64,000 nt of DNA from Podarcis bocagei. Its lineage: Eukaryota. Position 1 is the first letter of the stretch. Every line of letters begins with the position of its first letter. The position numbers and the translations under genes are program-made. This document shows positions 39,601 to 52,900 of this stretch, in pieces. The stretch lies in NCBI GenBank assembly GCA_964188305.1, contig OZ076886.1; one strand, 5' to 3'. The notes beneath the pieces were generated by a model. The model was not told the origin of the DNA. It saw only the letters and a list, made by a program, of their open reading frames with translations, and did no database searches.

Positions 39601-40757
39601 ATAGCCAATGCATATACAGAATCACAACTGGTTACATATTCACAACTGATTCCCAGATCTCATCCAGGGTAATGGGAATTGACTGGATAAGGTTTTAGAT
39701 GAAAATGTATGAACTGAGGACCACTAGTTGTTGTCAGTGATTAGAAATGGACTAGAGCTACAGCTTTTAAAACAACACAGTTAAACAGAAGTTTCAGTAA
39801 GCGGAGCTGAAAAACCCATATTTACTGTCCTCAAAAATAATATGCAGAAGACTTTTCTCCCTTATTCCAGATGTCGAATTGTACTTCCTTACTGTCAAAA
39901 TCTCACTGTCAATGGTCGGAGTGCAAACAGAACACTACAAGCTATTTCTACTTCTCTGTCATGACTAGTGGATTTTGCTCAGTTTTATTTTTCTCATGTA
40001 TTTTTTAATTTTTGATGTAAGTAGTCTTACATTAATGATCTCCTGACCATTAGTGGAAAATCAGGGCATCTCCCAAATAAAATAAATTAATTTGGGGTTA
40101 GCAAGCTGTTTATCACATTGTCTCACTGCTGTTCAGTGGACTGCACAGAAGAAATAAGTTCCTCCAAGCTCAATAGAGCTTACTCCCAGGTAGTGGATAT
40201 TGGATTGTAGCCTTGCTCTATATAGTCTGCTTAATGATAAGCGAACAGCTAATAATATAAGAATATTCTTATGACTGTAGAATTTTGCTTACTGCAAGCC
40301 CACTTTTTGAGAACTTCACATCATATTGGGTTAAAAAGCTATTATAAAATCTCTCACTAAATATTTCATATCTCAGTTTAAGAAGAGTATTACCAATCAT
40401 AAAATTCTCAGTAAACCTTTTATTACAGCAATTTATAGAGCTCACCAAACAAGCCAGCATCAGCTATGCACAGAAGAGAAAGAGTAGGGCTGGTTTTCAT
40501 GACAAGCTAAGCCAAACATTGGGTTACTGGGACCGTAGAAGTGTGCGGACTCACGGAGAGAAGTCCTTTTTGCTGCTACACCAGGCTAAGTTTAACTTAA
40601 GTGTGAGACAACTAGGACTTGTGATGAAGTTATCTCCTCACTAACCACAAGCTATAACCAAGGTTTGTTCCTGTGCACAGCCCACCAACTAGAAGGTAAT
40701 GCTTTTCGATATACAGAGGACTAACCAAGTTAACAATATCTGCAATTCTGGAATAAA

Positions 40758-40759
<2 letters not shown>

Positions 40760-40817
<58 letters not shown>

Positions 40818-41152
40818 TTATACCCTGCCCATCTGGCTGGGTTTCCCCAGCCACTCTGGGTGGTTTCCAACAAAACACTAAAATACAATAACCTATTAAA
40901 CATTAAAAGCTTCTCTAAACAGGGCTGCCTTCGGATGTATTCTAAAAGTTTGGTAGTTATTTTTCTCTTTGACATCTGGTCGGAGAGCGTTCCACAGGGC
41001 GGGTGCCACTACCGAGAAGGCCTTCTGCCTGGTTCCCTGTAGCTTTGCTTCTCGCAGTGAGGGAACCGCCAGAAGGCCCCTGGCGCTGGACCTCAGTGTC
41101 CGGGCAGAACGATGGAGGTGGAGACGCTCCTTCAGGTATACTGGACCGAGCC
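40760..41152 (-). mobile_element. 5'-truncated L2 LINE 3' end with expanded (TAA)n tail (40760-40816)
   Basis: Nearly identical to the copy at 16997-17343. Confidence 0.88.
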
Positions 41153-44100
41153 ATTAAACCTAACACCAACTTTAGAAGAAAGACCTCACAATTCAAAACT
41201 TCAAGCCTGATCTGTATTGATACCAAATGTGCTTCTCTGAGGAGCTGTAGAAGAACATCTCAAAAGTGAGAACAGAAACTGTATTTTCCCAATAACCTAC
41301 TGTAACTAAGACTAAATGTGCATAATCTGAAATACCACATATTCTTCCTCTGCTTACCTCCATTACTCAATTTTTCTCCCCTTCTTTTGTTTCTAAAATG
41401 TTAAGTCCCTTGGGGCAGAAGCCTCTCATTCTTTAGAAAGTATCATGTGCATGGATAGAACAACAAAAACAATCTCCATAAGATTCTGGAGACTGCTGAT
41501 TTTAAGAGATTCGGATCAGATTCCTACAGAGTATCATTAAAAGGTTTTAGTTTATATTCAGCTGCTTTATGAATTAACAATATATTACTGTATATTTTCT
41601 AAAATAAAAGAAGTTCTAGGACTGCTTTCAAAGACTTGGATTCCACTGCAAGAATGGAAGGTATTCGATACCTCCCACTGTCTGCAGCCCTTTGCACACA
41701 CCCCAACTAGTGCAGAAGGTTAGAGAACCCTCTAGAACAGTATTTCAGGAAGCTGCAAAAAGGGGGAGATTGGCTACACCCCACACATAAGCAGAAATGC
41801 CTGTCACATCCAGCAGGATCTTTGGATCTCAGCCAAAGATCTGAAAAAGCTATTTTTATCTTGAATGGATTTTATTACTAATTATCAACACATGCCTCTA
41901 CACTGAAACAGATGAGGGATGCTACTTAAGTTTTACTAATAATGAAACCTGTGCTAATAATCAAAATATGTTATGGGGTTTTAATCTGATGCTACAGCAA
42001 CATATTGCAAGTAGCTCTCCAGGTCCTGAGCTACATGGGTGCCTCCTTTCCCCATCAGCACTAGACAACTGTTTAATCAAACTGAAACAGTTTAATGAGG
42101 TACAGAAGGAAAATTATGAACAATGGCACAAATTCCAGAGATGCTGGCATTTTTATTGAGCAAGAAAGCACTATTATAAATCCCTGGAAAATGTTTGTGG
42201 TGTAAATTAGAACTCTTAAAAGGCTTGATTATTCATGCCAAAGAAAAGCATTGTGGTTGGCTTGCACTGACCTCATGTATGCATTCCCCTTACTTTAGAT
42301 TACTTTTGTTTTTCATGGTGAACAGGAGTTAAAAAAAGAAATGTGACTTCAGGTTTTTTTTTGTTAAAATCAGAATAGACCCTTGAAGACTGGGAGTGAG
42401 AGCACAGTTCTCCATTCTCCCCCAGTTGCTCCTCCAAATTCCTGCAGCCAAGTGGTTCAACAGTTTCTGAATGGCACACATAATGACATCATTGATTGAA
42501 CTATAATAGAAAGGAAAGGGGGGTGGGGGGGAAAGATGTATTTGTGTTACAGACAAAAGATAAGTTCTGTTTCACAGCAGGGACAAATGAAGAACCAGAT
42601 GACTGGACAGAGTGAGGTCGCCGAGTACCCCTTGCCATTGTTTTCGTTTTAAGCAACCCTTCCACTACTCCCTAAAGGTTTGTTAGGGACTCAAAATCCT
42701 TTTCAAATGGCACCGTGGAGAAAGGAAAGATCAGGAGCCCTGCTGACCCTTCACAACTCTCTCATCATTTATTTTTAAAATATCATGTATTGTAAGTGGG
42801 GGGAATGATATAAACATTAATAATAGTATAATCCTAAACACTGAACAATGATATCACCAGGACTATTGGAAATACATAGCTAAGAAGCAAGCACCATTCA
42901 AACCTCAAACAGAAGGATCCATCTTATATTTTTGCATTTTGGTCTCCCCCCCAAAAAAAGTTACTTTCTCCTAGATAGGCTTGATGGAGACACAAGCTCT
43001 AATATGCTGAGAAATCACTCACAAGTATTTGGACCACACATCTGGAGAGAGTGCTATTTTGAGTGGCTGAAAAGGAAGGCGTTCAATGTTTGCAATATCT
43101 GGATTGAGTTAATTGCTAAAGTCTTTGAAAGCTCATCTGCAGAACTATACTTGCTTTATTCCTGGCGATATATGTTAAAGATGTCAAATGAAGTTATTCT
43201 AGAGTATACCAGCAAGAATAATACAGCTTCTGGAATCAAAGAGATGGCAAAGTCTAATGGACGAAAATTTAGTTACGAAAATCATTGGGAGTTCAAAATG
43301 AAAAACCTCCAACTGTTAACAATGGAAGAACATTTAAAACACTATGTCAGATAAATGTACCCCGGCCTCCCTTGTTTTCTTAGATTCAACAGATGGGCCC
43401 TTGCGCAAACGCATGTGTGTGCACTGGTAGAGGCCTGGCTGGAAAGTTTAAAACGGCTCCATGAAAGACGGACTGAAGAAAAGGAAATATGAATTGGCCC
43501 TGCCCCATAGCTCGACCAATTGCAGCTAGGAGCTGGGTGGAGTCATAGATAAAAAAAAGAAGTAGACTCGGATACGCTGGCCTGCATCCTTTTTGATTTG
43601 AAATGTTTGTTTTGGGCTTCTCAGCAGTACATAACGGCAATAAACGGGCAGGAGGAGTGCTGGCCTGCAATTGTGCCCGTATAAGAGGTGCCAGAACTGT
43701 GCTCCGACACTTTCCAGCTGAAAAAGGTCTGGTTACAAGGTTTAACAGAAAAACAACCTGCAAAGATTTGGATAGTATATCAGACCTGAAACAGGATTTT
43801 AAATTGGTATATTTATTAAGGTTTCAAATAAAAAATAACTCTCCCCAGGTCTACAAGAGTCTGCTCTTTGTAATAAACAGAAATTCTGTACTAACCAATG
43901 AATTTATTTTCTTCTTGAGGGAAGTAGGACAGCTGAGTATGGTGATAGGCCCTTCTACCAGGCCACAATACCATTTTATCCTAATGAGAAATATACAGAT
44001 CCTTATTTAAAGAGAAAGTTTCCAGCTCAGATACACCATGAGAAAAATGATTTTCAGAGTCAAATTTTGATTGAAACGGCAGTGAATGGTTCAAAGCTCA

Positions 44101-44395
44101 ATCTGGTTAAGGCTTTCAAGAAAATGCTGAGGACTCTAGCATACTGCAGAAGAACTGAGAAGGGTAAAATGAACTAACGTATTGGGTGATAACTTGGGGA
44201 GGGGGGCAAAGACTATGTTCAAACCCAAGTTTCAGATGATTATGATTGTCTTGGGGCAGTTCAAGATTTCCCTAGATCCTGCAGTGTCTAGACTCTTATT
44301 TATAAGATTGTAGACACCAGGACAAAGGTTCTCCAAATAAGCTTACGAAGTTTAATGGTGAAGGAATGTCTTGATACAAACAAGATGTTTCTCAC

Positions 44396-46993
44396 CTAGA
44401 TGCATAACTTAGTGAGTTGGAAGATTCGCTCAAATTCTATATAACCTGGAATCCCGTATCTTAATGAAGAATGGGGTACTGATGTAGGAGATGCCTGCTG
44501 GCTGGTAGGAATCCATGGGTCCTTTGGCAACAGCTTCACTACACTGGAGAATTACAAGTGTCTTAGTCACTTTGCTGGAATCAGTAGCACCATAGCCTGC
44601 AGGTCCTTAATCTTCCTAAGTACAGTGGTACCTCGGGTTAAGTACTTAATTCGTTCCGGAGGTCCGTTCTTAACCTGAAACAGTTCTTAACCTGAAGCAC
44701 CACTTTAGCTAATGGGGCCTCCTGCTGCTGTTGCGCCACTGCTGCACGATTTCTGTTCTCATCCTGAAGCAAAATTCTTAACCCGAGGTACTATTTCTGG
44801 GTTAGCGGAGTCTGTAACCTGAAGCTTATGTAACCTGAAGCGTATGTAACCTGAGGTACCACTGTACTTGTGAAATGAGAGGTAGAATCTGTGAAGCATA
44901 TAACACTTTCTGGAACAGTCTGCTGATAGGATGTCCACAACTGCAGATTCTCCCACATCAAGAAACTTGATGTGAATCTAGGCAGCTGATTTTGAGGAAC
45001 CAGCGAAGTTTCATGATGGCTTTTCTGAGCAATCATTTGTGAAACACTAATTGGCCTAGCTTTGGCAACCAAGCCAAAGATGTTCTGTCTTGATGAACTG
45101 AAGACATTTCTCTGTATAGAATAACAGGGAGGTGGTTTCCTTAAGGAGGAGTTTTGAAAATGTACTGATAGGCATTTGCTACTACATTGTCTGTCTTGAG
45201 GAATACCTAATGTCCTGGTAGAAGATGGAAGAAATGCCGCAGTGCCAGTATGATTGCCCAAAGTTCTAGGGAACTGACGTTCAATTAAATTGTTTCTGGA
45301 GACCACAGGTCTTGGTGCTGTACACCTTTGCAGTGTGCACCTCAAATTTTCAGACTGGGATATGTTGTCAAGAGCAGTTGGATGGACTCCTGAATAGGAA
45401 TCTCCAAGCTCAGATGAGTCAATGATACCCACTATCTGAGTGGTCTCCGGGTTGAGGTTGTTGGTTATTTGCAGTGGGTATCCTAGAAGAAATGTCTGAA
45501 ATACATGCAGATAATCAATCCCAAAAATCTGGAGACTGTAGATGAGACTGAGGTCTCAACCATAACTTTGTTGTTAAAAAGCTTACGGTGACTTGGCTAT
45601 CTGCAAGATAGAATCAAAGTGTTCTTCATTTTGTTGATGATGAAACTGTTCTTGCAGAGTATACATCATCCTGGCCATGTCTTGACAGCACTAGGATTTA
45701 GAGGATGATCAGACTAGAAGATTGTCCAGATATGGCTAGATATTCATTCCTTTGGTTCTGTGCCAATAGGATCTTTATAAAGACTCTGGGAGTGGGGAGG
45801 AGATGAAAATGAAGAGTTTGGAAAATGCAATTGTTCTTCACTGTAGCTCAGGGATGACTGTGGCACCCCAGATATTGTTGGACTTCAACTCCCACCATCT
45901 CAAACCATTGTCCATGCTTGCTGGGGTTGTAGTTGAACAAACAGGGAGGGGTTGGTTCCCTATCCCTGCTGTAGGTGAAGCAAAGGAAACTATGATGCTC
46001 TGGTTTGACTGGGACATTTAATAAGCCTCTTCAGATGAATGGATATCAGATAATAATTGAGTCTGAGGCATGCTAGGATGAAGTGCAAGATCTCTATGCA
46101 AAAAAATTTACTTTGGAAGGTGATGATTGACCATCTTTGGCTCCAAGATGAGGAGCGTGGTCCCTGGTGTGTGTGTTTTTTGAGATAGTAAAAAAAGGCT
46201 GAAAACATATATTGGTATTTAGAGGAGGACCTGGTGCTCTCCCTGGGGATCTTGCAAAAATTCCACAAAATACCCCTTTCCCACTCTCCAGATCCCAACA
46301 GTCTGTCATGGACCCCTTCCAAATCTCATGGGATGTGTCTCATACAGGATAACTGAGCATAGGGTTGTGCTGAAAAATCAGTATTGGTCATACTTAGATT
46401 GCTGCTGCTAACTGGATGGGAATGACTGAGAGGTTGATTGGAACAGAAAGGTTTTTTGTAGGCACAAAATAGCTGAGGCTGTTTGTTCATTGTTTTCTCT
46501 CCCATGTATCTGGGCGTGGATTTCTTCTTGGTATCTGCTACAACCACATTCAAAGCTTTCCTCAGAGTCATGTACTGGAGAACACTGGTTGGTTTGGGAT
46601 CAGCCACAGAATTATATAGCCAGATATGACTTCCAACTACATTGTTAGAAGACATGGCCCTACCTTCAAGCTGAAGATTGCCCAGAAAAGCACCTGCCAG
46701 GAAAGCCAAGACAAGTGCCCCTTTGCAGAGCAGAATCACTAGTGTTGTTCTCCAGAACTTCATTCACTCAAGTGAAGACTGTGCAACACATCACAGGACA
46801 CAAAATCATGCTTATTATCAGAAAGTTGATTAAAATTGGTGACATTAGTGATGGTGTGATTTGGGTTTGGAATGCTTGACTGATTCATTAAATTACTATA
46901 CACACAGGTCTTGCTATCCACACATAATGCATTTGCAGGAAATCGTTTGTTAGGCAAGCATTTGCATAATGCATTGATGATTTCCACTGATTC
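44396..46993 (-). pseudogene. Candidate decayed coding exon(s) of unknown origin inside the SARNP intron
   Basis: Chain of minus-strand ORFs (46760-46987, 46326-46763, 45990-46322, 44791-45432) with an AG acceptor at 46994-46995 and a GTGAG donor at 44391-44395. No recognised homology. Confidence 0.35.
44623..44864. mobile_element. Tc1/mariner-pogo (Tigger-like) MITE
   Basis: TIRs CAGTGGTACCTC(G/A)GGTTA; TA TSD at 44621-44622 and 44865-44866; internal taacctgaag repeats. Confidence 0.9.
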
Positions 46994-49900
46994 CTATAGG
47001 GACATTTTGAATGTGTTCCAACCATGGAATTTATATATATAATTGGGGAGAATTTCAGGTTGTTTTTGCTATTATTTTTAATGTTTCTATAAGTCGTTCT
47101 GAGTCACTTTTATGTGGAAAAAAGTGACAACAATACTTCATTTCCCTATTTCAGTCATAAAAACCACTCAATACTGAAGTTATGGATATTTAAAACAACA
47201 AAGTCCCGGTGCCATAAAGATTACAATCAAAATTTCATCTAGGGTAGAGGGAAGACAGAAAGAGGGAAGGAAGGAAAGGAAGAGGTAAGAGTAACAGAGG
47301 CAATAAATTATCCACTTCAACATACTAGAGTGCAGAAATTTTATTAGAGAGCAGTAGGTATGAGTGCAATGCACAGACATCAATACTACCTGTTCGAGAA
47401 CTAGCTTCAACCAAATGTACCAAATGTAGGTGGATCACAGGGCCAGATCCAGCATTTCATTTAAAAAAGAGACACAGAGAATGTGGACTAGATACAAGGA
47501 ATAACAGAAAAATAGGAACAAGAGAATGGGGGTCAGGGTGAAGGGTCAGCTTCTGACAGAAGTTGCAAAACATTTATTGGACATTTATCCAGCTTGACTA
47601 TTTCTAACTGGTTTAATTTGCTTAGAGCCTTAAAGGGCTTTAACTCTGAATATGTAATCAGTTTTATTGAAGCTAAGCTTGAGTTTAGGAAAGGCTGTAT
47701 TTGGGAAACCTGAGAGACAGTATCACTCTGGTTAACATATTTCTAGGAAATACAATGCCTTCAAAAACTGAGGCTGCAATTGTGAAATAATATATTTTAC
47801 GAGAGTAAAGACCTGCCTACTTTTTCAGCCATGCCTAATAGATGATTGAGTGAAATGGTTAGACTATATATTGAGAGACAGAAGACACCCATCCTAGGAC
47901 CTGCAAACTATACAACCTATGTGATCAGTGTAGCCTGGCACAAGCCACTGGACTCTTCTTATAAACAACCCAGAGCGTGGGGGAGGAGTGGCCTTGCTTT
48001 CAGCATCCCTGTGTTGAAATGTCCATGACTGCCAGCACTATTCTTCACCTTGTCACTTCCCATTATTCTAAAATCAACAGGCCTACATTCATGACTACTC
48101 AACTTGGAGCACAGTGACATCATTTCAAGGCGGCAGGGAGGGGGGAGCATATCAAGGGCAACCCACTACACTGGATATGTGTATACTGTAGATGCTTTCC
48201 TTTAGAACAGATTCATACTTTACATTTGGAAGTCAGGTTCAAAGTGTGCAATCTGCTGCTTTGCACCTATGGCATGCAAGCCAATCTAAAAATACTAATA
48301 AAAATGCCATTTCAGTGAGAATGACAACATCCGCTTATACATGTTTACTCAGAAGTAAGGCCCAATGTGTTTACTGGGGCTTATTACTTAGTGAGTTAGA
48401 ATTGGAGGCTCAGAAGCAATTCTGAATACAGCATTAGCTTTGAACCAGTATGCCTCATATTATGATTCTTCCCAGTGTAATGTCTCCAAAGAGACAAAAT
48501 TCTAGATACAATCTAGATTGATACAATCTCTTTCATATACGAATTAGGTTCTAATATAAAGCCTCTTGAATGGATACCTTATGCAGCCTCTCCCTCCCCT
48601 TGGATTTGTAAAAGAAAATCTACACACATTGGCAAGCCGAGGGCCAAGCTAGATGTACCAAAATTCATAGTTTTTAAAAATGGTGCCTGAACAGCCATTT
48701 TTATATTGAAGAATAAGGGACTGTGGGGTTGCAGTCCTGAACATGCTCATAATCTGGACTGAGCACCTGGACCAGTTTCTTGCTGGAAATCCCCCCCTCC
48801 TTGGCTGCTATTTGTCCCCAAAGGTGCTGCCTGCAGTAAACTACATTCAGGGGCAAAAGGCAGCTGAAGTGGGAGGTGGTTTCCTGCAGTAAATTGGCAC
48901 TGAATGCTCTAGTTATCGTAATATTGTGTAGCGGACAAATGATAGCTTCAAAGGAGAGCACATCAAGAAGGTAGCAGACCAGAAATCTTTCAATCTTTGA
49001 ACCTTTAGCCCTATCATGAAGGTGCCCCCTTTTCCTTTTTTTTGTTTGTTTTAATTTACTGCCTTCCCCCTTTTTTCTCTTCCTTATCCATTCCCTCTTC
49101 CTTTTAAAACACTGTTTTTCTCCCTCTTTCCTCCCCCCCCCCAAGTTATAAACACCACCACCACAAAGGCGGAGGGGAAGAATGGTAGTGCTGCCACTTG
49201 CGTGACCCATTTTAGTCAGGGTTCAACCCATTTGTGTAACCTGACAACACAAGCTTATACATGTTTACTCAGAACCATGTTCCATTGTGAAGACAAGTGC
49301 ACTAGACAGGGTGGCTAACCTGTGACCTTTTGGGTGTTGTTGAACTCCAACTCCCATCAGCCCAAATCAGCAGGGTCAATGGTCAAGGAAGATGGGAACT
49401 GGTCCAGATAAATATTACATACCAATAAATATTACCTTTTTACAGAAACTGCACAGACAAAAGTGAAAAAGGAAATAGAGTTTGAGGTGAAACCTGCAAA
49501 AAGGTATGGAATATTTCTCAGGATATATGGGAACAGGGGTAACATTGTATGAGGAAACCATGTGCAGCTTGTAAACGTAAGGGGAAATGTAAGAGCAACA
49601 GAGAATGACTACGAAGTTGCTGGCAAAGCCTTCCAAGCTTGTCCTAACCATGTAACCACCTTGGACAGAGCCTGGTTTGCTCCCAAGAGAACCAAGATAC
49701 CTCATCCTTCGGAAGTAATAAAATGGCTGGATCCTGATGCTCTTATATTGTAACAAAAATCTTGTCTAACGTTCAGGAAGCTCCCAGACCACAAAATCAG
49801 TATGGTTCTATAGCAACATAGCTCCTTTTCAGGATAAATATTTCCTTTTCAGCTTGTTTGAGCTTAAGAAGCAAATGTTGCAATTAATTTTCCTGCTATC

Positions 49901-52900
49901 TTCTGCAGTAGTGTGTTACTAGATCAAGACCTGCTTTGAATGCTATAGGAGTACTCAGAACCGTAGCATGGCTGAAGCTTAGCAGTCTGGAACTTGAGCA
50001 GTGTTTGGATAAGGTGCCATGTCCCATGTTAGCCATTTGCAGCTTTCTAAGGGATGAGTGAGAGAAAATGGTCTGGTTCCCACATAACACTAAGCCAAAC
50101 CATGGTTTAGCACAAACAAAAAGGCTCATGGAGAGGAAGCTGCAATTGCCTTAATCTCTTCGGAACACTCTGCTACTGCAATGTTAAGATGTGGCTTTGA
50201 CTTAGCTCCTCATCTGAACCCAGGCTTGTGGTTTAGCTCTATCCGGATAAACTATGATCTGTAGTCAAGCTCTGTCCAATGGTTTACCTCAGCACAGCAG
50301 CAAAATGACTGGAAAAGGAGCCAAGTGACTGCAATCTCCAATTCAGGACCCCACACGTTTGCTTGTTTACACTAAACCAAAGTTCGGCTTAGAGTTATGT
50401 GTGAACAAGATCAATTCATAATACAATAGTAAATATTACTAACAATTTTGGAAAGAGTGCTGCTGCTGTGTTCTCTGCTTGAAGTATAGTACTTTGAGGA
50501 AAAAGGTATTAATTGGTAGCATGGATTTCAGTTCATAGTTATAGAACCCTACATTAGGAGAAGATTAGTTTAAATGGTCATCAGATCTTTTGCAGCACTT
50601 TTCCCCTGCTTTTGTTTCCTATTGGTTAATATTTTTCCATATGGGAACCGGTGGGATGTATTTGAAAATATTGCAAGGAAAAGAACAATCCAGGAAAAGA
50701 ATCCTTCCTCAGCATACTGCTCTGAACTTTTTGAAAGTGTAAACTGTTAAGCCAACTGCTTTCTCATTATATATGCACAAAGCTGCCACCCTATTTGCCT
50801 TCCCAAAACCACATTATGAAAAATGAGCTTTGCTAAGCCCATTTTAGAAAACACAAACTGTTCCTTTCTGCCTCTATAACAAGCCTTCACTAAAAAGAAT
50901 TAAGCTACATTAAGTTTGACCAAAATTCACTTTTAAACTTTTACTGAATAACAATTACTTTGTCAATCTATGTGCTACTACTCATTTGCAATCAAACTAC
51001 AACTTTCATCCATTTTATACACATGCCAAGTTTAAAAAAAACATTGCCCTTTCCCCATTACAAACAGGAAAAAGAACAAAGCAATCCATGTAGGATATAT
51101 TTTTTAAAATCCATGTAGGATACGTATTGTAATTTATTGACAAAAATGAATGGAGAAAGACTCAAATTTCTGAATGTTAACCATAAGCTCTGTCACATCA
51201 AAGGTGTAAAAATGCAATACACTTTGCAGCTGGTTTATTAAGTGGTATTATATGATTGTACAATAGGTCCAGTTTTGACAAATTTGGGTATTACTGCATT
51301 TCTAAAGAGATTCCTACTTGTTTTCCAAGCATTATTAACTTTTTGGGTTTAAGCAGAGGCCTCAAAGTTTCAAGTAGAGCACCGAGTCTTTTGTTTCTTT
51401 TCGACTTAAAACCCACATTTGAGAGTTGGGAGAAGCTGGTGCTAATGTGCCTGAGGTTTGATCCTTGCAATTTTTGCTCCATTTGCAGTGTGACTTTGAC
51501 GTGCTGGTACTTTACCTCCCTAGCTCAAACCTCTGACAGGCTGCAGGTTAATTAGCTACTTGTAAAACAGAACAAGACCCTTACATTAGCTAATGTGAAG
51601 CACAAATTATTTTAGTCATCTGTTCCGACTGGGAATGGCACCAAATAATGCAATGCAGAAAGGAACATTTATGCTAAGCCAAAGGCTCTCTGAAAGAGCC
51701 CCAAGCTTCTGTTTTGTGGTAATACTCTCTCTGCTGGATACCTACAACCTTGTTTCATGCATAAAAAGAAAAAGCAAGCCCTCTGAGAATGCACTTTTGC
51801 GTTACGATGCAAGCAACCCGCTCAGCCTTCTGCAGCACTGAAGCCTGCAGCTATCAGCTCTCCCACTGGGAAGCCAGAGGTTCAGAGTGGTACAGGGAGC
51901 AGCTGCTACAGAGGGGAAATTTACAAGGGAAGGGAGCAGTTTAAGTGTAACTTGCAGAAATCAAGGGATAGCAGCCTCAGGTCAGAGGGTAAATTTTAAA
52001 AGGAGGCTTCCCTTGAGAGCATGGGGAGGGGGTGTGATTAGTTCTGGAGAGGAAAATGCTTTCTTGATTTATTTTAAAAATTAATTTGATGGCTCCGTGC
52101 TGACAGAAAAAACAAGCGAGCACCTGCCACATCTATTATACTAGACAGCGACAGTCACCACCTCTATTCTACTGTACTAGTAGGAGCTTTGTTATCTTTT
52201 AGGAAGAGATGTTTTTAACAGAATAGATTCTACAGTGGCAGTGGGTTCAAAGCTACAGATTAGATGGAGAGCCTCTTACTCGGATCTAGGTTTGCTCCCC
52301 TGATCCCAGCAGGCTTGAAATTGCCCTTGGCTATATTCCTCTTCCCCCACCTCTCTTGTTCAAAACCAATTTGAATGGGAAATGAAATGTGGCTCCAGAG
52401 ACAATGGTTTACTGTAAAGTTTTTGCTGCAATGCGTGGTGTTAAAAATCTGCAAAGACCCATGCAACCAGGCTACTCTGTAATGAAAAGCTATAAAGAAC
52501 ACCCAGGTGGGAAACACAATACCACAATACCAGTGGCTAATTGAAGCAACCAACAATATTCCTCAATAGAATTCACGAGTGCTGTTCAGAGAGAGAGAGA
52601 GAAAGAAAACACTTCTAAGCCCCTGAACTCTACTTCCTAATAGAAGATCACAACAAATCTCAAGACAAATCATCCTAATGTTATTGCTTGTCACTCTGCC
52701 TCATATATGCAAGGAAAACCAGAACTGGAGACAAAATGTTAGTGTTTAAAGAATACAGATGCACAGAAACATAGATTTTCCAGACCGAACTTAGAAATCA
52801 ATTTCTGACCTTGGATATGCCATTCTCCTATTGGTATTTTCTCCCCGTGTATAAAGAGGATCGATTCTCTGATGAAGCTAGCTTCGTTTGTATTCTTTAA

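Noticed and set aside
40630-40975. Poly-Y, poly-I and poly-L ORFs
   Set aside because: Translations of the (TAA)n tail of an L2 copy.
42932-44010. 125-140-aa ORFs on both strands
   Set aside because: No ATG-led conserved domain or splice framework; better explained as chance ORFs over a regulatory-like block.
48701-49210. 169-aa minus-strand ORF
   Set aside because: Largely driven by a low-complexity purine tract; no recognisable domain or clear exon boundaries.
49415-49800. Another possible exon of the nested fossil gene
   Set aside because: Some frames look protein-like, but I could not define consistent splice boundaries; too weak without alignment.
51083-51122. 15-bp direct repeat aatccatgtaggata with a 10-bp spacer; CRISPR-like repeats generally
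   Set aside because: Only two copies; a simple local duplication in a vertebrate genome.
52868-52890. Hammerhead ribozyme (CTGATGA core), also at about 29619
   Set aside because: No correctly placed GAAA or stems I and III.
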